From: Octopus sinensis
Taxonomy: Eukaryota
DNA length: 23,711 bases
Direction: 5' to 3'
Assembly: GCF_006345805.1 (NCBI RefSeq)
Contig: NW_021836545.1
Location: 1 to 23,711, forward strand
Made by a program: the position numbers and the translations under genes. Below are positions 1 to 9,042 of this stretch, piece after piece; the first letter of the stretch is position 1, and each line of letters opens with the position of its first letter. Under the pieces are notes generated by a model that saw only the letters and a list, made by a program, of their open reading frames with translations, was not told the origin of the DNA and did no database searches.

Positions 1-80
1 AACGCCCGGTCTGGGAATCGAAATCGCGATCCTATGACCGCGAGTCCACTGCCCTAACCACTGGGCCATTGCGCCTCCAC
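1..80 (-). mobile_element. tRNA-derived SINE head (window-truncated), same family as 17378-17690
   Basis: Reverse complement reads gtggaggcgcaaTGGCCCAGTGGttagggcagtggactcgcggtcataggatcgcgaTTTCGATTCccagaccgggcgtt, with A-box and B-box-like motifs. It is nearly collinear with 17378-17460. Confidence 0.9.
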
Positions 81-652
81 ATAAGTTGTAATATTAAAGG
101 TGTTATTGTATGTGTGATTTTATAGTTTCTAGGGGGTATATTATTTAGTCAAAGTGTGACTGACTTTCATAAAGTCATTACAAATATACATAATATGACG
201 TGTTGGATAGTACATAATAGAAAGGAAAATAGTGTAATGATCCTACCTAGGCATGAGCTGGCAACTCACTCTAGTTCTTTATTCAAAATTGACAGGCTTC
301 CAGTCTCAGATTTAATAGATGATAAAGAGATAAATAAATTAGAAATGAATTACAACCCTTACAACCCTATAACATCACTATGCTCTATGCCATTCTAAGA
401 AATTGAAGTCTATTTTTAGCCTCTTGCTACAATAGCGACGACATGAATTTCTTCCAACTTCTTACTCGGTTAAAATATTTAAGAAAAAATATATTAATGT
501 GTCCTACTTGTTAAAAACATTCTATATTTTGTGCAGCTGCAGATAGCACTGCATCTAAATTGAGGTTATGATTACATTATTCAATTAAATGGAGCCACTT
601 GTTGAAACGGTCGTACTGCATCACTACTTGATGTCCTGTTGCTTATTTTGAT

Positions 653-823
<171 letters not shown>

Positions 824-883
824 AGTGCAGTTATTCTTTGCAATTCTGGATCTCGAAGAAAGCATAAATCTTTACATAATTGG

Positions 884-1770
884 TTGCAGATAGTGAAGCA
901 AAAAGTCACAGTAAAACAAAGTGGAACACACATATTTAAATCAAAAAGAAATGTACCGTTTGCAGCCATAGACCCGGTTAACAAAGAACTGGTAAAACTG
1001 GAAAGTTTTGGTATAATTGAAAAGAATGACTTCGCGGACTGGGCAACACCGACGGTTAACGTGCAAAAGAATGAGTTTGTAGAGATTTTTCAGCATGGTT
1101 TATTGTAAATTTAAGCGGCTTCCTTTTTGTGTGGCGGTAAAGGGTGAATTCTTGCTGAAAAAAAAATCAACTAATTATGCCAAGTAGTTGATGATAAGCG
1201 AACGCAATTTGTGTCTAACGAATGTGTAACATTTTGGGGAAAGCTTGCGGTAGAACATATAACTACATATAACTGTCGAGATCAAATGGACAGGCAGAAT
1301 GCTTCTTGATACCTTCAAAAGAACTTTAAGAAAAACAAATAAGGAAATCACCGCTGAGGTAGTTCTTCAACAATTTTTAAGGGTGTACCGTTAACACCAA
1401 ATACGAGTACATTGGCATGTGGCTCACCAGCGGGGCTGATGTTTGCAGGGAAAGTAAAGTCAGTTTTTGATAAATTGCTACTTGGCAAGAAATGAAAAAG
1501 TGTCAGGGAAGACAGAGCAAAATATTTTAAAGATGGTGATAAGATATATATGAGGACATACAAATATGGAAAGCAGAACAGGGATGAGGATGAAATTACC
1601 AAATACGTAAGTAAAATGATGTATTGAGTAAAAAGTAGAAAAGACATAGAAAAGAGACACAGGAACGAACTGAGAAAGAGGTTCGTGGACAGTGAACCAA
1701 AGAAGGTGGAGGAATCTAAGGAATGGTTGTATGATACGTTCCAAGTATCAACACCACTACAGGTTGAGTG
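884..1770 (+). mobile_element. Decayed Ty3/Gypsy LTR-retrotransposon pol remnant (RT N-terminus, integrase core and C-terminus)
   Basis: HIFKSKRNVPFAAIDPVNKELVKLESFGIIEKNDFADWATPTVNVQK matches the Gypsy RT N-terminal pattern (P.F...R.VP.A...V..EL..L...GII......WA.P.V.V.K). Across frameshifts it continues DDKRTQF (cf. SDNGTQF), RSNGQAE (1279-1299), DTFKRTLRK, LQQFLRVYR, TPN...SPAGLMFAGK, then FKDGDKIYMRTYKYGK...KRHRNELRKR (integrase C-terminus). Multiple stops and frameshifts. Confidence 0.9.
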
Positions 1771-1867
1771 AACACGGGCGTACAAGTGAAAGGAAAAGAA
1801 AAACCTATAGGGTTCCTGAAAATAGATTCCAAGAGAAAAAAATATTAAATTGTTCCAAAGAAAACCC

Positions 1868-2196
1868 AAAAAAGGGAAGTGGGTTGAATAAAAATATTTT
1901 TGCTAAAGAAAATGACACTTCTCAAGAAAAACTTAAAATTCAATTAGTAAAAATAGTACACCCATCCCACGTGACGAGTGGAATGAAGTCATTATAAGCA
2001 AGATGACGTCGACCAGTAACGGGAGCGTATGTAGAGTACGAGAGTACGTGTAGACTGTGTTGATAGTCGTGTCTGTGCTGATATAATAATTATACTACGA
2101 TACTGAGTGAACTTTATGACAATCCTACCTTTTGTACGATTGGAGGTCGTAAAGTGACAGATAGAAACATTCTATCGACGACTTCAGAATATAACA
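1868..2196 (+). mobile_element. Putative polypurine tract and 3' LTR of the Gypsy remnant
   Basis: The purine run aaaaaagggaag (1868-1879) lies downstream of the integrase and is followed by TG (1880). A candidate LTR end ...tataaCA is at 2196. There is no second LTR in the window to confirm it. Confidence 0.45.
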
Positions 2197-2251
2197 ATAT
2201 CTGTCAGAACGACAACTGTCGTTCAAAGACAGATACAATACTTTCCCAAGC

Positions 2252-2476
2252 CATAGGCTCATAAGGTTGGTTTTCCAGATCTTGTGATGTACATACTTCA
2301 CACTGGATGAGACACACCGTTCCGTCGAAGGATTATTTATTTTGCTAGCTGAAAAATTTGGAGCAATGGCGAATAAGTGTTTAGTTTAAAAACACAACAC
2401 ACCGCCCGATCCAGGAATCGAAACCACAATTTTACGATCATAAGTGCAATACACTAAACTCAAAGACACGTAACTC
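2252..2476 (-). mobile_element. Diverged tRNA-derived SINE, same family as 20519-20790
   Basis: ccaggaatcgaaaccac (2411-2427) is the reverse complement of the B-box region of 20519-20790. taggctcat...ggttttcc (from ~2254) matches that copy's tail. Confidence 0.7.
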
Positions 2477-2479
2477 AGC

Positions 2480-2560
2480 TTATATGTATATACATACATG
2501 TATACATGTGTATATTTGTATATATATATATATTTGTATCTGTTTGTATCTAAGTGTATG

Positions 2561-2595
<35 letters not shown>

Positions 2596-2610
2596 TATAT
2601 ATATACAATT
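2480..2610. repeat. (TA)n/(TACA)n compound microsatellite
   Basis: Direct reading. Confidence 0.95.
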
Positions 2611-3834
2611 ATGCATGCGTGTAACTCTTTTTCTCTGTCTATATGAATCTACCGCTCTATCATTCTTTCTTACTTTCTATGAAACCAAATTTTCCACATA
2701 CTTTATTCTTCATTACTTTCTATTTTTCATGCATATCATTTCTTGCTGTATGTAAATACTTTATTTTCTTTTTCTCTCTTATAACATATATTAACCACTT
2801 TCTAACTTACATTTCCATACAGTTACTTAAACTCAGATACCGAATCACTCGCTCATTCACCCTTTTGAATTCCCTCTTTTTTCTCTATCTCCCCCGTCCT
2901 CTCTTTCTCCCCTTCTCTCTCAATATTCTATTCTCTCTATTCCTATCTATTCCTGTCATTTAGCAATTTCTGCTGTATTATTACTATCGCATTGCTATTT
3001 TAATATTTTTATATCTTACTGACTTCTCGACTATATTTCTTCTAATTATATTGCTACCACAGGTTGTTGATATTCATATATTATCATAGAGCAAGTATAT
3101 ACATATATCTTCTGTCATGACACCAAATGTATAAAAGTCGAACATTTTATTTACGGAAATCTGTGTTGCATATTTCTGAATCACAATTCTCTTTCTCTTT
3201 TACCCTGCCCGACTTTCTCTCTTTGAATATCCAGGTAACTTACGAGAAAGACTAGAGAGTAGAAAATAGAAAAATATGAGAAAAGTATTTAAAGTTAATT
3301 CAATCACATTGCGAAGGAATGGTAGAAAGAAAATGAGAATGTAATGATTCTGGCATTCTAATATTTTTTCTAAATAGGAGAAGCATAGTAATATTAAAAG
3401 CATAAGAAGAATAATGGAAAATATGTTAAGCAAAGGTAGAAATATAGTGGACTAAAAGCAGTCGTTTTTCAGTTGAGAAGAGCGATCGTGCATGTGAGAG
3501 ATTTGTAAGTTATCTGAATAGCGTTTTTATATATGTATGTTCTAAGTTATTGATAATCACCGTCTATACAAAATTGTGTGCAAATGTATATAGGTACGTG
3601 TATCGAATATTTGGAAATGAAATGTATGTTGGTGAGATAACCAATGTGAGACTGACTCGACCAAATTAATATGCATGCATGAATTATGTATATATATGGA
3701 CGATTTGTTTTGGAGTCTAGCAATATCATGTACGCCTATGAGGACTTCCTTTCCCAATGAAACTCGGTTTTTTTCTCAAACTTTTTCTCAAACCTGTTAT
3801 AATGTGATACAAGTCTTTGGTGTGGCAATTGTAC

Positions 3835-3927
3835 GCGGCTGAAGAAGGCTTTTGATCTATTTGTTATATCAATTATGCATTGATATAAGAATAAGTTGTT
3901 CAATAAAGCCCAAAACATATGTACCGC
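3835..3927 (+). ncRNA. Degenerate type I hammerhead ribozyme motif with long stem II (core G12 lost)
   Basis: Stem I GCGG (3835-38)/CCGC (3924-27); CTGAAGA (3839-45) plus an extra A; stem II GGCTTT/AAAGCC enclosing a perfect 10-bp hairpin TTATATCAAT/ATTGATATAA; CAAAA in place of GAAA; self-complementary stem III ACATATGT; GTA triplet. Confidence 0.65.
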
Positions 3928-3965
3928 AAAATCCTTTGCGTCCTGTTTTTCATTTACTTCATTTG

Positions 3966-3969
<4 letters not shown>

Positions 3970-4017
<48 letters not shown>

Positions 4018-4037
4018 TGTGTGTGTGTGTGTGTGTG
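3970..4037. repeat. (TA)n(TG)n microsatellite
   Basis: Direct reading. Confidence 0.97.
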
Positions 4038-4324
4038 CGTATTAAACACTATGGTATGCAACGTTTGCGCGGGGCCAACACGGCCACCTAGGAAATAAAG
4101 CAAAATTACAAGAGCATTAATGACAATTCAAAAACAAAACCTGGGAAACAAGGGACCAAAATCGCGCACGGTTGCCTATTCTCTATAGGAAGCGAAGGGT
4201 ATGAATATGTAAGAGACGGGTGAGAAGAAGGGAGAAACGCTTCTTCAATTTGCAAGAGTGGCCCACGTATTTGCAACAGCTTAGATTGCACTAAAATCAC
4301 TTGAAATGATAAATGATCTTATTA

Positions 4325-4430
4325 AATCAGGCGACGGATTTATTGGAGAATTCATGCATTGCGTGACGGTATTTGAACTCAGAACATAAAGATTCGAAAC
4401 AAATAGCACAAGTTATTTGGTAAAATATCC
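4325..4430 (-). mobile_element. Highly diverged SINE head, family of 14206-14396 and 17148-17335
   Basis: gacggtatttgaactcagaacataaagattcgaaacaaatagcacaag resembles the reverse complement of gcttagcggtatttcgtct...gttctgagttcaaattc. A still more eroded match may lie at ~4530-4610. Confidence 0.5.
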
Positions 4431-4734
4431 TACTATTTCCGATGAAAGCTTTGCAAATGTTCTGCTGCCCTATATATGTACTTATTTATCTAGCCCTAGA
4501 GGAGAAAATACACATTTGAACTTGATAAGATTTGAACATGGAGCGTAAGAGTTTTGAACAGCTCCCATGAAGCATTCTGGCCAATGTTTTATCGATTGAG
4601 CCAATGCGTAACGTTGTATTGCATCTGCAATAGGGGAACAGAAATTCGGAGCTAACTTTCAGGAAGGATCAGATTCTAAAAGAAATCATTCGATTTCAGT
4701 AGAAAAACAAAACAAAATAAAATAGTAAATTGAT

Positions 4735-5074
4735 TTCGAATTTAAGGGATTGCAGCATAAGAAAACCATAAATTATGCGATTGATTTGTATTCAATGTTC
4801 TACAAACTGAGGACGAAAGATGCCATATATCATCAAAAGATGATAACAGGAAGTGTCAAGATCAACAAAGAAGATAAATTGGAATTCTATCAGTTATCTA
4901 CATGAGGTCATTCGCATAAATAATTTATAACAGGACAGAAGAACCTTCTGGATCAATACAATCTGAAATCGATACCTAAGAAAGGTTGTCGAGTTAAATA
5001 TTACTAACAAATTCAAGAACATACTTGATAAATATTGGAAGAACGTTAAATTGAAAAGAACCCATCCACTATGA
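4735..5074 (+). mobile_element. CR1-group LINE 3' end remnant (RT C-terminal region)
   Basis: One frame reads FEFKGLQHKKTINYAIDLYSMFYKLRTKDAIYHQKMITGSVKINKEDKLEFYQLST*GHSHK*F. After a frameshift it reads INTI*NRYLRKVVELNITNKFKNILDKYW. These match the CR1 motifs LYSL..RR.RGD.I..YKI..G, TRGH..KL and WN.LP..VV.....FK..LD..W. Confidence 0.8.
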
Positions 5075-5159
5075 TGCAGTAAGGACATATCAGAAAAGAC
5101 TCAGCAATTATTGACTTTGCTTATCTGTTATTTCAATAGGAAATTGTGAGGTATACAAA

Positions 5160-5243
5160 TATATACATGCATACATAAATACATACAAACATACATACAT
5201 ACATACACATAAGTGTGTGGGTGTGTATGGTTTATTTATTATG

Positions 5244-5305
<62 letters not shown>

Positions 5306-5468
5306 TATATGTATACATGCATATTTGCATGCATACATATATATATATGCATACATAAATGTTTATATAAGTGTTGTGTATGTGTGTGTTGTGTGTTATG
5401 CGTGTGTATGTTTGTTTGTGTAAGAGCATGCGTAGCTATGCATACATACATATATACATATATAAATA

Positions 5469-5499
<31 letters not shown>

Positions 5500-6291
5500 G
5501 TATAACATACATACATTATATACATATATACATATATTATAGATTATATATATATAAGTAAATTATAGATTATATATATTTATATACATATATATATGTG
5601 TGTGGTGTGTGTGTGTGTGTGTGTGTGTGATTGTGTGTATTACCTACGTACACAAACATGCATTTATACCTACGTATATAAGAACATACGTTTATGTATA
5701 TGTATGTATACGTATATATATATGATGTGCGTGTGTGTGTATAATGTGGGTAGTATGCATGCTTATAGATACGTACGAAATATGTATGGGAGTACACAAT
5801 GCCAAGATATTGTCATATTTCTCTGTTTTATTTTGTATGCAGAAATAAAGAATAAATATGAATTCAAATATGTGTGTACGTTATTGAGGTACGTATATAT
5901 GTGTGTGTGTGCTTGCGCAGGCGCATGCGTGTGTATAAGAGACTCTACACTTTTGCAAAATATATTTACCTTTACAACCTTAGCATTAATGTATCAAAAA
6001 CAAGATCACGAAATAAATGTCAAATTTGTTATGTTATGTGTGTATGTATGTATGTATGTATTGTATGTATGTATGCATGTATATATATAATAATATATAA
6101 TATCATATATATATATATATGTATGTAGTATGTATTTATGTATGTATGCATGTATAAATATATATATCTATGTTTGTATATATATACATCATACAACAAT
6201 ACTATATACATACATACATACTTATATATACATACATAATTATACATACAATTTGATATTTCTTTCGTGATCTTTTCTTGATATACTTGTA

Positions 6292-6332
<41 letters not shown>

Positions 6333-6374
6333 CTCTATATAATATTATATATATATTATATTGTATGTATATAT
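5160..6374. repeat. Extended compound (TA)n/(TG)n/(TACA)n microsatellite field
   Basis: Direct reading; explains the cluster of YI/CV-rich ORFs at 5108-6247. Confidence 0.9.
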
Positions 6375-6899
6375 ATTAACAATAGAAGGGTAAAATTATA
6401 ATTAAAATAATTTGATTAATTAATTTATATTTTAATTAATTTAATTAATACATTTTTCCCTTCTATTATTAATTTAAAATGATAATTTACTCCATGATAC
6501 AATACTGCAGTTTTCTGCGGTATTACTCGTAGCATACACATGGGTATAAGATTTGAATAGTGTATTCACATTCGGCTCTGTAAATTTTGGAAGTGTTGCT
6601 TGGATATCTGCTACATGATGACTCTCAATTGTGTACATATTCCGCCATAGCACTTTCAAATTTTATAAAAATTGGAAATATTATACTGAAGAGAGACGTA
6701 AGTAAAATTCAAATTACTTTAATCTCGAAACGCGTATATAATTAATCCTGGTTGTGCTGATTCATTGTTTTTTCTCATTGCCTTCGTTAAAAAGTATGTT
6801 TACCGTCATGGAGATTCTTGTAGTAGCAGAAAATGAATTTTAACTCATATTTCTGAAATTTGGTATGCGGTGAAGCAATTAGCTGAACCCTAATATAAT
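6375..6899 (+). mobile_element. Non-autonomous hammerhead-bearing element (family B, copy 1), inserted in (TA)n
   Basis: Collinear with 11618-12134 in several blocks: tgata.aa.act.cagttttctg, tacac.tgggtat, gaaata.t.t.ctgaagag, ttttttctc.ttgcct.cgtt and tggtat..ggtgaagcaa...gctgaaccctaat. It starts with an AT-rich palindrome (6375-6473), contains the HHR at 6680-6742 and has (TA)n on both sides. Confidence 0.75.
6680..6742 (+). ncRNA. Minimal type I hammerhead ribozyme, intact core
   Basis: Stem I ATTATA (6680-85)/TATAAT (6737-42); CTGAAGA (6686-92); stem II GAGA/TCTC plus AAGTAA/TTACTT with an 8-nt loop; GAAA (6727-30); palindromic stem III ACGCGT; GTA triplet, with predicted cleavage 3' of 6736. 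Confidence 0.85.
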
Positions 6900-7048
6900 T
6901 ATGTATATATATATATTATATATATATATATATATATAACTACATATATATATATATAATATATAGTATTATATATATATATATATATACAACACACATA
7001 TATATATTATATATAATATATATAATATAGATATATATATATATATAC
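6900..7048. repeat. (TA)n microsatellite
   Basis: Direct reading. Confidence 0.95.
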
Positions 7049-7111
7049 ATTAATCAAAGACAATTATGCATGTCTACCTACAGGAAGTAACAGTCAAATT
7101 CTTATTTGAAT

Positions 7112-7180
7112 TGCCAAACTAAAGGATGATAACTACATGAATCAACGTTAATTCTGTATTATCATCAGTTTAGTTTAGCA
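7112..7180. other. 69-nt imperfect hairpin (27 bp, 8-nt loop), pre-miRNA-sized
   Basis: tgccaaactaaaggatgataactacatgaat / attctgtattatcatcagtttagtttagca pair with one mismatch, one 1x2 internal loop and two single-nt bulges; the loop is caacgtta. Confidence 0.55.
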
Positions 7181-7379
7181 TTTAAAAATAAATACCATAC
7201 TTAATATGTCCTTCGATTAATTTAAAAAACTTTAGCTATTTAATACTTTATGGGAGGGGGGCTGCAATCGCCTACATCATTGATTCTGTTGTTATCACTT
7301 TTGAATTTTTACACTGTAGTTATTATATCATCGTAAATTACTTTTTCGGGAATTATTGGTCCGTATATATATTCATACT

Positions 7380-7389
7380 ACATACATAC

Positions 7390-7448
<59 letters not shown>

Positions 7449-7541
7449 TATTATATATATATATATAATATATATATATTATATCATATGATAGATAGTA
7501 ATAGATAGATAGATATATTAGATAGATAGATTGGATAGATT

Positions 7542-7579
<38 letters not shown>

Positions 7580-7676
7580 AGTAGATAGAGAGATAGATAG
7601 AAAGAAAGAAGATAGATAGATAGATATAGATAATCGATAGATAGATAATAGATCGATAGATAGATAGATAGATAGA
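7380..7676. repeat. (TA)n followed by (GATA)n microsatellite
   Basis: Direct reading. Confidence 0.97.
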
Positions 7677-8010
7677 AAAATTATGTTTCGAACATTGGAT
7701 TGCGCGGCACATTGCATAAACCTCTAAATAACAGCATTGAAATATTGCGTCGGCAAAACCTTTCGATAGAGAAAGTACCTCTGGTACATTTGACAATCAT
7801 CTTTGAACATGTTCTATTCCGAAGAAGTTTTGCAACCAAATATTTCAACAATGCTATTATTTATAGCCTTATGGGTTGTGCTTCAAAATCCAGAGTTCCC
7901 AAAACGGGGTAATATTTACTTGAACGTTCATAAAATCTTTATGACGTCAAGAGTATATGTATTTATAATCATGTCCATGTTTGTGTGTGCGTGTGTGTTT
8001 ATATATATAT

Positions 8011-8041
<31 letters not shown>

Positions 8042-8460
8042 CTTATACACACATACATGCACACTGTGTATGTATTTGTATATATCTAAAGTGTACTGAA
8101 TATAATAATACTCAAAAGATTTGTCCATTAAGTTATAAAATTATGAAGAAAAACGTTTGTTAGATAAAAATGTTTGTTAGATAAAAAACATTAGAAGAAT
8201 ATCGGAAAATAAAAAGGAGATAAAAGTAATTGAGAAGTGTAGGAAATAAATGATTTCAGAGTGGTTATATTAAGGTTTCATGATTTGAAGTCAACGGTAA
8301 ATAATATGAAACTACAAACTAGGGCGAATTTACAATAACGCGATTCGTTTTACTTTATACTTATATAAAATAAGAGATTTCTATATTTAAGAGATGAGGA
8401 ATTATGTACATTATTTACATCATTTACATTTGATGGATGTTAGTCCTCATCATGTTTGTT

Positions 8461-8506
8461 AACACAACGTTTCGGCTGATATACCCTCCAGATTTCTTCA
8501 GGTGTC
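8461..8506 (-). ncRNA. Minimal type I hammerhead ribozyme motif, left arm, stem II damaged
   Basis: Minus strand reads gacac-CTGAAGA-A-atctg gagggtatat cagcc-GAAA-CG-TT-gtgtt. The stem-II-closing GG of the right arm is AT here. Confidence 0.75.
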
Positions 8507-8563
8507 TTGAGGAAATTTCGAACCTGGGTTCTCATTCCTAAGGTATTTTTCGGTGTTACTATT

Positions 8564-8596
<33 letters not shown>

Positions 8597-8681
8597 ATTG
8601 TTCAGGTCACTGCTTCGAATTTAACTTGGAATCTTGGGGTTAGGAGCCCGCGCTCTTAACCACTACGCCATATGCCCGTGA

Positions 8682-8745
8682 GCATATGGCGTAGTGGTTA
8701 CTAACCCCAAGATTCCGAGTTCGATTCCAAGCAATGACCTGAACA
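8682..8745 (+). promoter_or_regulatory. tRNA-like Pol III internal promoter of the right arm
   Basis: A-box TGGCGTAGTGG (8687-97) and B-box GTTCGATTC (8719-27). 13 nt present in the left arm (8644-8656) are missing between the boxes. There is no T4 run between here and the end of the element. Confidence 0.7.
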
Positions 8746-8810
8746 ATACAATAATAATAATAATCATATAATAATAATAATATAATAATAATAATAATGA
8801 TAATAATATA

Positions 8811-8845
<35 letters not shown>

Positions 8846-8902
8846 AATAATAATAAATAATAATAATAATAATAATAATATAATAATAATAATATAATAA
8901 TA

Positions 8903-8949
<47 letters not shown>

Positions 8950-8994
8950 TCGAAAATACCTTACGAATAAGAACCCAGGTTCGAAATTTCCCCA

Positions 8995-9042
8995 AGACAC
9001 CTGAAGAAGGCTGGAGAGTGTATCAGCCGAAACGTTGTGTTT
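8995..9042 (+). ncRNA. Minimal type I hammerhead ribozyme, right arm, intact core
   Basis: Stem I AGACAC (8995-9000)/GTGTTT (9037-42); CTGAAGA (9001-07) plus an extra A; stem II GGCTG/CAGCC; GAAA (9029-32); self-complementary AACGTT stem III; GTT triplet, with predicted cleavage 3' of 9036. Confidence 0.85.

Noticed and set aside
3561-3660. GIY-YIG-like words upstream of the third hammerhead (RLYKIVCKC; MYIGT; MYVGEITNVRLTR)
   Set aside because: They lie in different frames with wrong spacing and stops, and such words arise easily in TA/TG-rich DNA. They would only count if tBLASTn linked the region to a PLE endonuclease.
4807-4818. CTGAGGA-C-GAAA hammerhead-like core
   Set aside because: No stem II, no stem I/III pairing, and it lies inside the CR1 coding remnant.
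8600-8745. Possible genuine tRNA genes (also at 1-80, 17378-17460 and 20519-20600)
   Set aside because: No complete acceptor stem or cloverleaf, and each continues into a SINE body instead of a T-run terminator.
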